Positions 18,143 through 29,332 of a stretch of 64,000 nucleotides of DNA are shown one piece after another. The stretch is from Chitinophagales bacterium (GTDB lineage Bacteria > Bacteroidota > Bacteroidia > Chitinophagales > Chitinophagaceae): assembly GCA_038249665.1 (NCBI GenBank), contig JBBSDF010000006.1, positions 17,685 through 81,684 on the forward strand, in the 5' to 3' direction. The first letter of the stretch is position 1; every line of letters starts with the position of its first letter. Made by a program: the position numbers and the translations under genes. The notes under the pieces were generated by a model. That model did no database searches. It was not told the DNA's origin and was given only the letters and a program-made list of their open reading frames with translations.

Positions 18143-18649
18143 TTATTGAACGTTCAGTAGTTCCATCTCAAACTTTAACTCGGAATTTCCTGGAATGATC
18201 AGCGCACCTGCATTGTCGCGGATGTTTTGTGCCCCATAAGCCAAAGAAGGTGGGATATACATCGTCACTTTTCCGCCGGCTTTCAAGAGGGGTAAAATTT
18301 GTTGCCAGCCAGCTATCAATCCGCCGAGTGTAAAGGTAGATCCAGACGTAGAAGTGTTGGAGTCAAAGATGTTACCATTCGATACCAGGGACCCTGTGTA
18401 TTTCACAGTGATGTTAGAGCAAACATCCGGATTTTTACCTGTTCCCGGTTCTGTAATATTATAAAACACACCACTTGAATGTTCAGTGGCGGGTAAAGAA
18501 GCACCAGTTAGATAGGATCTCAGAGATGCTCTTTCTGCTACTGTAGCTGAGGCTGTGGATACATCATAGGGGCATTCGTCTTCTTTTTTACAGGCAGAGA
18601 ATACGATAGCACAAAACGATAAACCCAAAATAATTTTTTTCATAAACAA
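18143..18649 (-). CDS. FKBP-type peptidyl-prolyl isomerase, lipoprotein
   Basis: Lipobox FSAC; YTGSL..G.IFD, LIAGW, IPPSLAYG, IPGNSELKFE. Confidence 0.9.
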   Translation of the reverse strand: MFMKKIILGLSFCAIVFSACKKEDECPYDVSTASATVAERASLRSYLTGASLPATEHSSGVFYNITEPGTGKNPDVCSNITVKYTGSLVSNGNIFDSNTSTSGSTFTLGGLIAGWQQILPLLKAGGKVTMYIPPSLAYGAQNIRDNAGALIIPGNSELKFEMELLNVQ

Positions 18650-18662
18650 TTCATAATTTTTT

Positions 18663-19016
18663 TTAAGACGCTATTTTTGATAATTCCGCTGCATCTTGTT
18701 TTTTTTGTTTGTACAGCAGTTCTTTGTATAGTTGCTCATTTTGTTCCCACAAAAAATGCATGCGAAAATACGAGAAAAAAAATATGGCAATCAAAACTGC
18801 GATCACGATTGTTACCAGAGCGCCGGAAAGCCTGTTGGAAATCCGATAGTACCATTCAGGAAAATAGAGATAGACTGACAAAATAAGCAGTAAAATAGGA
18901 AGACCGAATACAAATGCCATCGGTAAGCCCCGGGTGATCTTGCTTTTAAAACTGCTGTAAGCATCCCGTTTTTTTTCCCAGGTTTCGATAAACGCACGTT
19001 CCTTTTCTGAAAGCAT
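18663..19016 (-). CDS. Small two-TM hypothetical membrane protein
   Basis: 117 aa, two hydrophobic helices, co-oriented with FKBP. Confidence 0.6.
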   Translation of the reverse strand: MLSEKERAFIETWEKKRDAYSSFKSKITRGLPMAFVFGLPILLLILSVYLYFPEWYYRISNRLSGALVTIVIAVLIAIFFFSYFRMHFLWEQNEQLYKELLYKQKKQDAAELSKIAS

Positions 19017-19100
19017 AGTGTGAAATTAATGCAATTACGGCTTATGCTTGGCTATATTCTTATTTATGGGTAGGTTTGTTGCACATATTAACATTCCCCC

Positions 19101-20033
19101 ATGAAAGTAGAGCAGTTGATCGTTCAGTATTTGTACAATAACAAAAGAGTTTCGATTCCTGAGATCGGTATTTTTAGTATTGTTCCCGGCACCATCATGC
19201 CAGCAGAAAATGATAAAGACAATACATTGCCGCCAGGTTCTATTGAATTTGAGTACAAAACGCGTACAGAAAATGATGAAGGACTGATTGATTTTATTAT
19301 TGCCGAAAGTCGCAAAATTCGTCCATTGGCCACCTCCGATCTGGAGTCTTATATCATCCTCTCCCGCCAATTTTTAAATATCGGAAAGCCTCTTGTGATT
19401 GATGGATTAGGTACATTGGTCAAAAACCAACAAGGCACCTACGATTTTACGCAAGGAACAATCGTTAACCCTCGATTGGAACCAAGAAAACAAGAGATCA
19501 AAGAAAAAATACAAGAAGATATTTCTTTTAGCAGTCTGGCAAAAACAGCCCCTAATAAAAAAGGATTGATGTTGGTACTGTTAACTTTGTTTTTGCTCAG
19601 TACAGCCGCGGCGCTGTATTATTTTTTAGTGTATAATAAAAATAAACCAACACCCATTGCAACTGAAACCGCTGCTACCATACCTCCCAGCAATGTGATA
19701 GATACGAACAATACCATGAGTGCTGTTACTCCTGATTCACTATCCAACATACCGCTGGCAAAAGACAGCATCACAGTAGCTGTACCAAATGTTGTACCCG
19801 GCAACGATGGCTATACTTTTAAAGTTCAAATTAAACAATACGATACTAAGGAAGCCGCAGAGAGGGCTTTCAACAGACTTACAGGGTACGGTCATCAGTT
19901 GCTGTTGCAACAGAAAGTTGGTGGAGACTACCAGGTACTGATGCCTTTTAAAAATGCACTTTCAGATACTGTAAGGGCTAAAGATTCTGTGAGAATTCTA
20001 TTTGGAGGTAAGCCAGCAATCGAGTTGAAATAG
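19101..20033 (+). CDS. HU-like N-terminal domain / TM / SPOR-like C-terminal domain protein
   Basis: V.IPEIGIF HU-CCDC81-like start, single TM, low-complexity linker, C-terminal SPOR-like FKVQI...AERAFNRL. Confidence 0.65.
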   Translation: MKVEQLIVQYLYNNKRVSIPEIGIFSIVPGTIMPAENDKDNTLPPGSIEFEYKTRTENDEGLIDFIIAESRKIRPLATSDLESYIILSRQFLNIGKPLVIDGLGTLVKNQQGTYDFTQGTIVNPRLEPRKQEIKEKIQEDISFSSLAKTAPNKKGLMLVLLTLFLLSTAAALYYFLVYNKNKPTPIATETAATIPPSNVIDTNNTMSAVTPDSLSNIPLAKDSITVAVPNVVPGNDGYTFKVQIKQYDTKEAAERAFNRLTGYGHQLLLQQKVGGDYQVLMPFKNALSDTVRAKDSVRILFGGKPAIELK

Positions 20034-20064
20034 TATCCTTAAAACGTTTTCATATTATCTTTTA

Positions 20065-20391
20065 CTATTTATATTGTTCTCTCACAGGGCTGACACATCT
20101 ATTAGTTTACAATCTTTAACAGCGGTTGCACCATGCCATACGTTTACGTTTGATGGGATCACGTAACAACTACCTGCAGTGAGGCCGTATGGTTTGTTAT
20201 TTATAACCATATCTAGCTAACCTTCCAAGATATGGGTGAGTTGTTCATGGATGCGTTGATGAACTGGCATAACAGCACCACCTGCTAATTCTACCAAACC
20301 CGCACTTGCTTGCGTTCCGTGTGCATAATAACCAATGATACCTGGCAACAATGTTTAGGGAAATAAATTTTAAGGTTGGGCATCTTCCATT
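20065..20391 (-). pseudogene. Cupin-domain pseudogene
   Basis: Manual translation: LLPGIIGYYAHG...MPVHQRIHEQLTHILEG*LDMVI...VIPSN(VN)VWHG...KLIDV; in-frame TAG at 20217-20219 and frameshifts near both ends (C-terminus restores to VFSPVREQYK). Confidence 0.8.
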
Positions 20392-20414
20392 AAATTTTCT
20401 AACCGGAATATAGT

Positions 20415-22124
20415 TTAACTATTGAGTTTTTGTTGTAGATCTAAGTGATGTGTGGCGGCAGTTTCTTTTGCGAGTTCATAACCGGCATCTGCGTGTCGAA
20501 TGACGCCTATTCCCGGATCATTGCGTAATACCCTCGCCAACCTTGATGCCGCATCTGCCGTTCCATCGGCCACGATTACCATGCCGGAGTGAATGCTAAA
20601 ACCCATTCCTACTCCACCTCCGTGGTGTAAAGAAACCCAGCTTGCACCGCCAGCGGTATTCACCAATGCATTTAAGATCGGCCAATCGGCTACCGCATCG
20701 CTCCCGTCTGGCATGGCCTCTGTTTCTCTGTTGGGCGAAGCAACGCTTCCAGTGTCGAGATGATCTCTTCCGATAACGATCGGTGCTTTTACTTTTCCAG
20801 TTCTTACCAGTTCATTAAAAGCTTGTCCGGCCTTTTCTCTTTCTCCCTGCCCTAACCAACAAATACGTGCTGGTAATCCTTGAAAGGCAATTTTTTCTTT
20901 GGCCATTTTCATCCAGCGCAGCATTCCTTTATTTTCAGGAAACATGTTCATGATCACTTCGTCTGTAACGGCTATGTCTGCCGGATCTCCACTTAAAGCT
21001 GCCCAACGAAAGGGCCCTTTGCCTTCGCAGAATAACGGACGGATATAAGCGGGTACAAATCCTGGGAAATCAAAAGTTCTACCAGCAGTAAATGTCAATG
21101 CCTCTCCTTGTTGTTGCATTTTTTCTTCGTATTCTTTTGCTCTTGCCCTGATATTATTCCCGTAATCAAAAGTGATGGCACCTTTGTCTTTTAATTGTAA
21201 CATCAACTGCACATGCAGGTACATACTGGCATAACTCATGGCCAAATATTTTTCCGGGTCTGCTGTACGAAGTTCGTTGGCAGCTTCATTACTGAGCTGC
21301 TGTGGAACGTAACCAATCAATGGATCGTGCGCACTGGTTTGATCGGTCAGTGTATCTGGGATGATATTTCTTTCGAGTAGCCGTTGCAGTAAGGTGATGG
21401 CATTACACAATACGCCGATGCTTTTTGCAATACCTGCTTGTTTATATTCAATTGCTTTGTTGATGGCTTCATCCATATCTACGTACTTTTCATCCAGGTA
21501 GCGGGTTTCCAATCTTTTGTCAATACGCCATTCTTCCACTTCTGCCACCAAAGCCACGCCTTCATTCATGGTAATGGCGAGTGGTTGTGCTCCTCCCATG
21601 CCTCCCAAACCAGCGGTTACATTGAGCGTATGTTGTAAAGAACCGCCAAAATGTTTGTCGGCTGCTGCTGCATAGGTTTCATAAGTGCCTTGTACGATGC
21701 CCTGGCTACCTATGTAAATCCAGCTGCCAGCAGTCATTTGACCGTACATCATTAAACCCTTTTGTTCCAACTCTGTAAAATGTTTCCAGTTAGCCCAATT
21801 GGGAACCAGTTGGCTATTGCTGAGCAGTACCCTTGGAGCATCTTTGTGTGTTTTTAAAATCCCTACCGGTTTGCCACTTTGTATGAGTAAACTTTCATCA
21901 TTCTCCAAAATTTTTAATGCATGTATAATAGCATCCAGGGCCTCAAAGTTTCTGGCAGCTTTGCCTCTTCCTCCATAAACAATCAGATCTTCGGGGCGTT
22001 CAGCTACCTCAGGATCCAGGTTGTTGAGAAGCATTCTCAATGCTGCTTCTTGTACCCAACCCTTGCATTGCAAGCTTGTGCCGGTGGGGGTTTTATATTT
22101 TATAGGATCGTATTTTGGAGTCAT
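20415..22124 (-). CDS. hutU: Urocanate hydratase
   Basis: [58 protein letters not shown]; start ATG 22124. Confidence 0.97.
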   Translation of the reverse strand: MTPKYDPIKYKTPTGTSLQCKGWVQEAALRMLLNNLDPEVAERPEDLIVYGGRGKAARNFEALDAIIHALKILENDESLLIQSGKPVGILKTHKDAPRVLLSNSQLVPNWANWKHFTELEQKGLMMYGQMTAGSWIYIGSQGIVQGTYETYAAAADKHFGGSLQHTLNVTAGLGGMGGAQPLAITMNEGVALVAEVEEWRIDKRLETRYLDEKYVDMDEAINKAIEYKQAGIAKSIGVLCNAITLLQRLLERNIIPDTLTDQTSAHDPLIGYVPQQLSNEAANELRTADPEKYLAMSYASMYLHVQLMLQLKDKGAITFDYGNNIRARAKEYEEKMQQQGEALTFTAGRTFDFPGFVPAYIRPLFCEGKGPFRWAALSGDPADIAVTDEVIMNMFPENKGMLRWMKMAKEKIAFQGLPARICWLGQGEREKAGQAFNELVRTGKVKAPIVIGRDHLDTGSVASPNRETEAMPDGSDAVADWPILNALVNTAGGASWVSLHHGGGVGMGFSIHSGMVIVADGTADAASRLARVLRNDPGIGVIRHADAGYELAKETAATHHLDLQQKLNS

Positions 22125-22162
22125 AACAAATGTGTTTTGTAAAATAAGTATAATCGTTTTAA

Positions 22163-23662
22163 TCAATCCTGTTTCCAATCTTTTCCTATAAATTCAATAG
22201 CTAGTTTTAAATCGTCGTGCAATACCCGATCAGCTTCGTTAAAAGGAATTTCTTTTCTAAAGGCAGTGATTACTGCTTCTAATTGGGGTGATGTTTTTGC
22301 GGGACGCCTGAATTCCAGGGCCTGTACAGCAGACAGCAATTCGATGGCCAATATTTTTTCTAAATTGTCGATCACTCTTTTGCATTTAGTAGCAGCATTG
22401 GCACCCATGCTTACGTGATCTTCCTGATTGTTGCTGCTGGGAATACTGTCTACACTTGCTGGCGTACACAATTGTTTGTTTTCACTCACAATGCCGGCGG
22501 CCGTGTATTGTGGAATCATAAAACCGCTGTTGAGACCGGGATTTTTCACCAGAAAAGCAGGCAGGTTTCTTTGTCCGCCAATCAATTGATACGTTCTGCG
22601 TTCACTGATGCTGCCTAGTTCTGCCACTGCTATGCTCAGGAAGTCGAGCGCCAGGGCCAGCGGTTGTCCATGAAAATTACCGCCACTTACAATGAGGTCT
22701 TCTTCGGGAAAAATATTGGGATTGTCCGTTACAGAATTGATCTCTTTGATAAAAACTGTTTTTACATATTCAATGGTATCCATGGTTGCACCATGCACCT
22801 GGGGTATACATCGGAAACTGTATGGGTCCTGCACCTGTTGTTTTGGTAATTTACGGATAGGGCTCCCCGTTAGTAATGATCTTAGCTTGGCGGCAACACT
22901 CACCTGTCCATTGTGAGAACGAACTGCATGTATGTGTTCATTTAATGGGTCATCTACACAATCAAATGCATCGTAACTGATGGCTGCAATGATATTGGCC
23001 CAATGGAGCAAACGATCTGCTTGTATAAGGTTGTGCATTCCGTAGGCCGACATAAATTGAGTTCCATTGATCAAAGCCAGTCCCTCTTTGCTTTTGAGCT
23101 TGATGGGTTGCCAATCCAATTCATCCAACACCACTTTAGTCGGATATTTGATTCCCAGATGCCAAACCTCTCCCAAACCAATCAGTGGAAGACTTAAATG
23201 ACTTAAAGGTGCCAGATCACCCGAGGCACCCAGAGAACCCTGTGTGTAAATTACTGGAAGCACATCATGGTTGTGCATATCCATCAGTCGCTTCACCGTT
23301 TCTATTTGTACACCGCTATTCCCGTAACTCAAAGATTTTATTTTGAAAGCGATCATGAGTTTGATAATATCTCGTGGCACTTCTTCTCCGATACCACAAG
23401 CATGCGATTTTAATAAATTGCTTTGCAACTCTTCTAACTGATGATCATCAATTCGTACGTTTTGCAGGTAGCCAAAACCGGTATTGATGCCATAAAACAA
23501 AGCGTCTGAATCTTTCATTTTACGATCGAGGTATTCGCGGCATTGAACAATTCGGTCGTGCGCATCAAAAGTGATGGACACCAACTGTTGAAATTCCAAC
23601 AAATGGCGCACTTGGTCGAAGTTGGTGTGTTTTCTATCTAGTGGTAAATAATTATAACTCAT
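22163..23662 (-). CDS. hutH: Histidine ammonia-lyase
   Basis: [17 protein letters not shown] (MIO-forming ASG), [26 protein letters not shown]; start ATG 23662. Confidence 0.97.
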   Translation of the reverse strand: MSYNYLPLDRKHTNFDQVRHLLEFQQLVSITFDAHDRIVQCREYLDRKMKDSDALFYGINTGFGYLQNVRIDDHQLEELQSNLLKSHACGIGEEVPRDIIKLMIAFKIKSLSYGNSGVQIETVKRLMDMHNHDVLPVIYTQGSLGASGDLAPLSHLSLPLIGLGEVWHLGIKYPTKVVLDELDWQPIKLKSKEGLALINGTQFMSAYGMHNLIQADRLLHWANIIAAISYDAFDCVDDPLNEHIHAVRSHNGQVSVAAKLRSLLTGSPIRKLPKQQVQDPYSFRCIPQVHGATMDTIEYVKTVFIKEINSVTDNPNIFPEEDLIVSGGNFHGQPLALALDFLSIAVAELGSISERRTYQLIGGQRNLPAFLVKNPGLNSGFMIPQYTAAGIVSENKQLCTPASVDSIPSSNNQEDHVSMGANAATKCKRVIDNLEKILAIELLSAVQALEFRRPAKTSPQLEAVITAFRKEIPFNEADRVLHDDLKLAIEFIGKDWKQD

Positions 23663-23828
23663 GGTAAAGTTGGCAATTGATCGAAAGGGGTTAGTAGCAA
23701 CAAATGTAAGCAAAAAGAGGCGATTCTTTGACCCGGGTGAGGAAGGAACAAAACCATATACTACATCAAACGAATCTTGTACTTTTGTTAGACTAAGGCA
23801 TTTAAATGCCTGTTTAATACTACACTAT

Positions 23829-24821
23829 ATGAAAAAATACCTGCTTCTTTTTTTAATGCTAACAACCGTCTGCAGTCAGTCTCAAACTGTTCAGGTGCTA
23901 AGTACTGGCACCAAAACCAGTATTCGCGGACTCAGTGTAGTAGATGATAAAACGGTGTGGGTAAGTGGAAGCAACGGTACTGTGGGAAGGAGTTTGGATG
24001 GCGGTGTAACTTTTATTTGGATGATTGTAAAGGGTTTTGAAAAAACGGATTTCAGAGATATAGAAGCCTTCAACGAAACCGATGCCATCATTATGGGCAT
24101 TAGTGAACCAGCTTACCTGCTTCGAACAAATGATGGAGGGAAGAACTGGCAGGTTGTTTTTGAAAATAAAGACAAAGGAATGTTTTTGGATGCGATGGAA
24201 TTTTGGAATGAGCAAAGCGGGATCGTAATTGGAGACCCGATGGATGGACGCTTTTTTATTGCACGAACTTTCGATGGCGGCAATAGCTGGCAGGGAATTC
24301 CAACTAATATCCGCCCTGTGGCAGATTCAGGGGAAGCATGTTTTGCCAGCAGTGGGACTAATATCAGGAAATTAAATAAAAAAGAAGCCATTTTTATTAC
24401 AGGAGGATTGGTGAGTTCGGTTATGCTGCGCAGCAACAAAATTGCTTTGCCGCTGATTGGTGGTAAAGAAAGTACGGGTGCCAATTCTATTGCAATAAAA
24501 AACAAAAACACCTGGATGATTGTAGGGGGAGACTTTACTACAAAGGATAGCACTACGCTAAACGCAGTGCTAACAAAAAACGGCGGCAAAACATTTACCA
24601 AGCCTGCTACTCCACCAACTGGTTATAGAAGCTGTGTGGAATACATTCGTAAAAAACAATGGATTGCTTGCGGATTAAATGGTGCAGATATTACCAATGA
24701 TGACGGCCATACTTTTACGAACATCAGTAAGGAAAGTTTTCATGTTGTGCGAAAAGCTAAAAAAGGGAAGGCCGTATTTTTTGCAGGCAATGGGGGCAAA
24801 ATTGGGAAGTTAATTCTTTAA
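23829..24821 (+). CDS. YCF48/BNR-repeat beta-propeller protein
   Basis: Signal peptide MKKYLLL; repeated RSLDGG/RTNDGG/RTFDGG/KNGG Asp-box motifs. Confidence 0.8.
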   Translation: MKKYLLLFLMLTTVCSQSQTVQVLSTGTKTSIRGLSVVDDKTVWVSGSNGTVGRSLDGGVTFIWMIVKGFEKTDFRDIEAFNETDAIIMGISEPAYLLRTNDGGKNWQVVFENKDKGMFLDAMEFWNEQSGIVIGDPMDGRFFIARTFDGGNSWQGIPTNIRPVADSGEACFASSGTNIRKLNKKEAIFITGGLVSSVMLRSNKIALPLIGGKESTGANSIAIKNKNTWMIVGGDFTTKDSTTLNAVLTKNGGKTFTKPATPPTGYRSCVEYIRKKQWIACGLNGADITNDDGHTFTNISKESFHVVRKAKKGKAVFFAGNGGKIGKLIL

Positions 24822-24838
24822 TTTCTTGCTGGTTAATT

Positions 24839-25453
24839 TTATTGTTTGCTGATGCCGGTGATTACTTTGATGATGATATAATCTTTAATGGCTGCGTTGT
24901 ACACTTCTTTTTCGATGTATCTGACGCCCACTTTTTTTGATATCAACTCTTTTGAACCGAGTGTATCGGCACCTTCAAAAAATTCAATCCACCATAATTT
25001 TTCGGTTCTTCCATTGCTTAGTTTCACCTGAATACTGGTGAAGTCTCCTTCCTGGATTTGCATCAACTTACCCTCTAATGATCTTTCGGGATTGAGGTTG
25101 GTATTGTTTATAAGCTCTGGACGAGCAGCTATGATGGTTAAAAAAATCGGACAGTTCATCGCCATCACAGTACCTAATTCTTCTGTTAGTTTCTCGAGTG
25201 CTTCCGAATTTTCGAAAGAAAAACCCGGAACTACTTCGGCTATCTCGATTTTGTATTGCGACATGATGGGAATCATGAGCAATCCTAGTTGCATTTCAAA
25301 ATTGACTGTTTTAAGCAACATGCTATCATTGGCCTTAATCTCTTTGCAAATTTCGGCAGACATTTTTTTGATCAAACTGTCTTTCGTAAAATTTTGGCTA
25401 TGTACATTGTTGGTAATAAATAATGCAAAAAAAACTATTAAAAATATTTTCAT
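24839..25453 (-). CDS. Hypothetical exported protein
   Basis: Signal peptide, 204 aa, downstream of smc. Confidence 0.65.
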   Translation of the reverse strand: MKIFLIVFFALFITNNVHSQNFTKDSLIKKMSAEICKEIKANDSMLLKTVNFEMQLGLLMIPIMSQYKIEIAEVVPGFSFENSEALEKLTEELGTVMAMNCPIFLTIIAARPELINNTNLNPERSLEGKLMQIQEGDFTSIQVKLSNGRTEKLWWIEFFEGADTLGSKELISKKVGVRYIEKEVYNAAIKDYIIIKVITGISKQ

Positions 25454-25498
25454 AGTTTAAAGTATTCTTTAAAAAAACTAACTTAAACATCTTTTATA

Positions 25499-28400
25499 TT
25501 AATTCAAACTCCTGAAATCTACAGGTACCAGTTTACTCACTCCAGCTTCCTGCATGGTTACGCCATATATAACATCCACCGCACTCATCGTTTGTTTATT
25601 GTGTGTAACGATGATAAACTGAGAATTTTCGCTAAACTGTTTGATCATGTTGGTGAACTTACCAACGTTGGCGTCATCTAGCGGCGCATCTACCTCATCC
25701 AAAATACAAAACGGGGCAGGTTTAATCAGATAAATGGCAAACAGCAAAGCGGTAGCGGTGAGTGTTTTTTCACCTCCACTTAACTGACCAATACTACTGG
25801 GCCGCTTACCCTTTGGTTTTGCTACAATATCGATTCCGGTTTCTGCTAAGTTTTCCGGATCTACCAACACCATGTCGGCAGTATCTTCATCAGTGAACAA
25901 TGCCTTGAATACTTTTTGGAAGTTCTCCCTTACTTTGTTGAAGGTATCTAAGAACTGTTGATTGGCAGTTGCTTCTACTTCCTGAATGGTGAGCATCAGG
26001 CTTTCTTTGGCAGTTACCAAGTCATTCTTTTGTTCCAAGATGAACTCATACCTTTTTTTCATTTCGGTATAAGCCTCAATAGCGGTGGGATTTATTTCGC
26101 CCATATTTTCTAAACGCTTTTTCATGCGTTCATTTTTCTCTTTCAATTCTTCAAGAGGAACATCCCCCGTTCTAGGTTCGTCTATAATTTCATCTAAATC
26201 TACCCTAAACTCTACGCTCAATCTTTCCTTCATTCCGGCTAACTGCAGCTTAAGATCAGTTAATCGATCTTTGATCTCATTCAGCAAATGATCAATGCCT
26301 TCTTTTGATCTTTGTTTCAACCGCAATTCACTTTCTTTTTCGGTGAGGATGTTTCGGATATTGTAATATTCCTGATCGGCTGTATTGAGTTGTTTCTCTT
26401 CTACTTCTTTATTTTGCAACATGGTCAGCAGCAAAGCTTCTAATTCTTGCAACTCTAGCGCAGTAAATTCAATATTTTCCGCAGCTTCGTTCAACTGTGT
26501 GGCACTGCTTTCGACCTGTTGTTTCAAATCTATCAATTGGTTTGACTTGAATTCAAATTCTTGCTTCAGCGATACTACTTTACTTTGTTGTTTGGTATAT
26601 TGTAAATTGCTGTCATTGTAAGTAGTGGTGGCAAAGTTATACTCCTGTTCGGCAGTAGCATAGTCCTGTTCAATAGCCTGTAACTTTTCTGCCAGTTCTT
26701 CTAACTGAAAGTTGCATTTATCCAGATCCTCTCTGGTAGCTGCAATGGCATCGTGGTTATTGTCTAGTTGTATTTTCAGTTCTTCTACCCTCTCGGCACT
26801 TGTTTGCTCCAGGTGATGCAGGTTTTCAATTTTGTTCTGCAATGAAAACACCAAGTTGGTGAGTAGATTCATTTCCTGTTGCGTTTGTTTGATAGCATTT
26901 TCTTTTAACTGTTCGTTAAAAGCGATCACTTCATGATGGCGCACCTGAATTTCTGCCTTCAATTGGCTTACTATGATAGTTTGCTCGGCAATTTGTTCCT
27001 GTAACTTTTCAAGGTTTTTCGCTCTGCCTATCTTTTTACCTTCAAACAATCCTACACTTCCGCCAGTAAGGGAATATTTTCCTTTTACAAATTTGCCCGA
27101 TTTTTCGAGTATCACAGCTCCATTGCTGTTGTGGATGGCATCTTCGGTTTCAGCAATAAATACATTGCCCAATAAATGGGAAGCGAGCTTTGCATATTGC
27201 CCATCTATTTCTACCACGTCGAGTGCAGCAATGGTACCATCCGGTTGATGTTGAGTAACTACCCCATCAAATTTATCCAACAGAAAAAAGTTAGCTTTTC
27301 CCTTTTTATTATCATCAAGCAAATGCACTGCTTGTAAGCCTTCCTGCAGGTTGTTAACCACATAGTAGTTTAAGTAAGGTTCCAATACATTTTCAACTGC
27401 AGCACGGTATTGTTCTTTTACATAAATGATGTCGGATAACAATGGCGCCGTATGGTTCCATCCTTCATTGTTGTGCAAAAATTTTACACTTTCAGGATAG
27501 CCTTCCATAGAATCTACCAGACTTTTTAAGAGATCATGTTCATTTTTCTTCGAATCCAGTTTGCGACTTTCTTCAGCCAAACTATTGCGTAACCCTTCCA
27601 TCTGGTTTTGCGTTTGAAGAATCTGTTCTTTGGTAAATTCGTGATGATCCTGCAGTTGCTGCAAATCTGTTTTCTTCTGTTCTAATGCTTCTTCTTTATC
27701 TTTTTTCTCTATTTCCAGTTGTTGTAGTTGAGCCTGACGCTGGGATTTTTCTTCTTGAATTTGCGCTATGGTTCTTTGCAGATTTTGAATAGAAGTGTCT
27801 GCGATAGCTACTTTTTTTTCTGCATCAAACTGATTGCGCTGGATGGCTTGGTTTTCTCTGCGAAGCATATCAATGCTACTTCTTTTGTCATCAAATATCC
27901 TACGCTTATCTTCAACCGCTTCTTTCAGGCTTTCTAACTTTTCTTCTAATTCCTCCAGCTTCACCGATTCTTCTTGTATGTGGGTTCCAGTAAAAGCAAT
28001 GCTTTCTTCCAATCCTTTTAACTGACCTTCAGATTTAATTAAAAATTCATCCAGATTGGATTTTCTTTCTTTTAAATGCTGCAGTCGTTGGCTGGCAAGA
28101 TTTTTTTCGTTTTCTTTATTGCGCACCTTATCCAGCATATCATTATACGAATGCTGCATTTGTTGCAATGCTTTTTCTTTTTCTACAAAAGCTAATTTTT
28201 CTTTTTCCAACCCTGCTTCTTCTGTAGCAATAGAGGCTTCCAGTTCCAGTCTTTTATCAACCTCTTGTTGTTGTTGCTCATTCAGGTCGCGGTAAGTAAT
28301 GTTAAAACCTTCCAATGCAGCTTTAGCTAATTCAATGCTTACTTCTTTGTATTCCTTTTTGATCTCGTAATACTTCTCTGCTTTTTTGGCCTGGCTTTCT

Positions 28401-29014
28401 AAACTTTTCAGTTGATTGTTGATTTCGAACAAGAGGTCTTCGATACGGGCTAGATCTTGTTCGGTGGCGTCCAGTTTTAACTTGGCTTCTTTTTTACGGG
28501 TTTTGTAGATGGTAATACCAGCAGCCTGTTCCAACATTTTGCGGCGGCTGTTTTCTTTGTCTTTGATGATATCATCTACCATCCCCAATTCTATAATGGC
28601 ATAACTGTCGGTACTAATGCCGGTATCCATAAACAGGTTATGAATATCTTTCAGGCGGCAAGCCACATCATTGAGTCGATATTCACTCTCCCCGCTTTTA
28701 TAATATTTTCGGGTAACCGTAACTGTGTTAAACTCTGTTGGGAGTAAGTTTTTAGTATTTTCAAAAGTAAGACTCACTTCTGCCAATCCACTGGCACTTC
28801 TGGTTTTGCTACCGTTAAAAACAAGGCTCTCCAGATTTTCACTTCGCAGGTTGCTGATCTTGTGCTCGCCAATTACCCAGCGAATGCTATCAATGATATT
28901 ACTTTTACCACAACCATTGGGGCCTATAACACCTGTAATACCTTCGTCAAAATTGAGTACGGTTTTATCGGCAAAACTTTTAAATCCTTTGATTTCTAAA
29001 CTCTTTAAACGCAC
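25499..29014 (-). CDS. smc: Chromosome segregation protein SMC
   Basis: Walker A GPNGCGKS, long coiled coils and hinge, LSGGEK signature, LDEVDAPLD. Confidence 0.97.
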   Translation of the reverse strand: MRLKSLEIKGFKSFADKTVLNFDEGITGVIGPNGCGKSNIIDSIRWVIGEHKISNLRSENLESLVFNGSKTRSASGLAEVSLTFENTKNLLPTEFNTVTVTRKYYKSGESEYRLNDVACRLKDIHNLFMDTGISTDSYAIIELGMVDDIIKDKENSRRKMLEQAAGITIYKTRKKEAKLKLDATEQDLARIEDLLFEINNQLKSLESQAKKAEKYYEIKKEYKEVSIELAKAALEGFNITYRDLNEQQQQEVDKRLELEASIATEEAGLEKEKLAFVEKEKALQQMQHSYNDMLDKVRNKENEKNLASQRLQHLKERKSNLDEFLIKSEGQLKGLEESIAFTGTHIQEESVKLEELEEKLESLKEAVEDKRRIFDDKRSSIDMLRRENQAIQRNQFDAEKKVAIADTSIQNLQRTIAQIQEEKSQRQAQLQQLEIEKKDKEEALEQKKTDLQQLQDHHEFTKEQILQTQNQMEGLRNSLAEESRKLDSKKNEHDLLKSLVDSMEGYPESVKFLHNNEGWNHTAPLLSDIIYVKEQYRAAVENVLEPYLNYYVVNNLQEGLQAVHLLDDNKKGKANFFLLDKFDGVVTQHQPDGTIAALDVVEIDGQYAKLASHLLGNVFIAETEDAIHNSNGAVILEKSGKFVKGKYSLTGGSVGLFEGKKIGRAKNLEKLQEQIAEQTIIVSQLKAEIQVRHHEVIAFNEQLKENAIKQTQQEMNLLTNLVFSLQNKIENLHHLEQTSAERVEELKIQLDNNHDAIAATREDLDKCNFQLEELAEKLQAIEQDYATAEQEYNFATTTYNDSNLQYTKQQSKVVSLKQEFEFKSNQLIDLKQQVESSATQLNEAAENIEFTALELQELEALLLTMLQNKEVEEKQLNTADQEYYNIRNILTEKESELRLKQRSKEGIDHLLNEIKDRLTDLKLQLAGMKERLSVEFRVDLDEIIDEPRTGDVPLEELKEKNERMKKRLENMGEINPTAIEAYTEMKKRYEFILEQKNDLVTAKESLMLTIQEVEATANQQFLDTFNKVRENFQKVFKALFTDEDTADMVLVDPENLAETGIDIVAKPKGKRPSSIGQLSGGEKTLTATALLFAIYLIKPAPFCILDEVDAPLDDANVGKFTNMIKQFSENSQFIIVTHNKQTMSAVDVIYGVTMQEAGVSKLVPVDFRSLN

Positions 29015-29332
29015 GTTTTCTAAATTTTAAGTAAGGGAACAAACCTACACAAAAACAACCCATTTGCATCTACTGTGCTTAAAAAGTAGATAAGCTTTCA
29101 ATAACAAGTTTTCTGTGGTAATTTACCCGTAAAAAATATTTTTCGGGCGGTAAATATAGTTGAATATCAGTTATTTAGAGCGATTGGTGTTGCCATCAAA
29201 AAGTATAGTTATTCACAGCTTTTACACAAAACTGTTATTTTGCCAAGCGGCGAACTAACAAATTCGTAATGCATGGTTGTTGTGGATGCAGTATTCAAAA
29301 TGGTAGCTTGATCTTATAAACAAATTATAGAA

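Noticed and set aside
23720-23777. Imperfect inverted repeat GATTCTTTGA...TCAAACGAATC between divergent hutH and the YCF48-like gene
   Set aside because: Single copy, large unstructured loop and no recognisable riboswitch or operator consensus.
29209-29228. DnaA-box-like TTATTCACA and TTTTACACA upstream of smc (also TGTGGATAA at 39364)
   Set aside because: Too few boxes and no clear unwinding element; isolated matches are expected by chance in AT-rich DNA.
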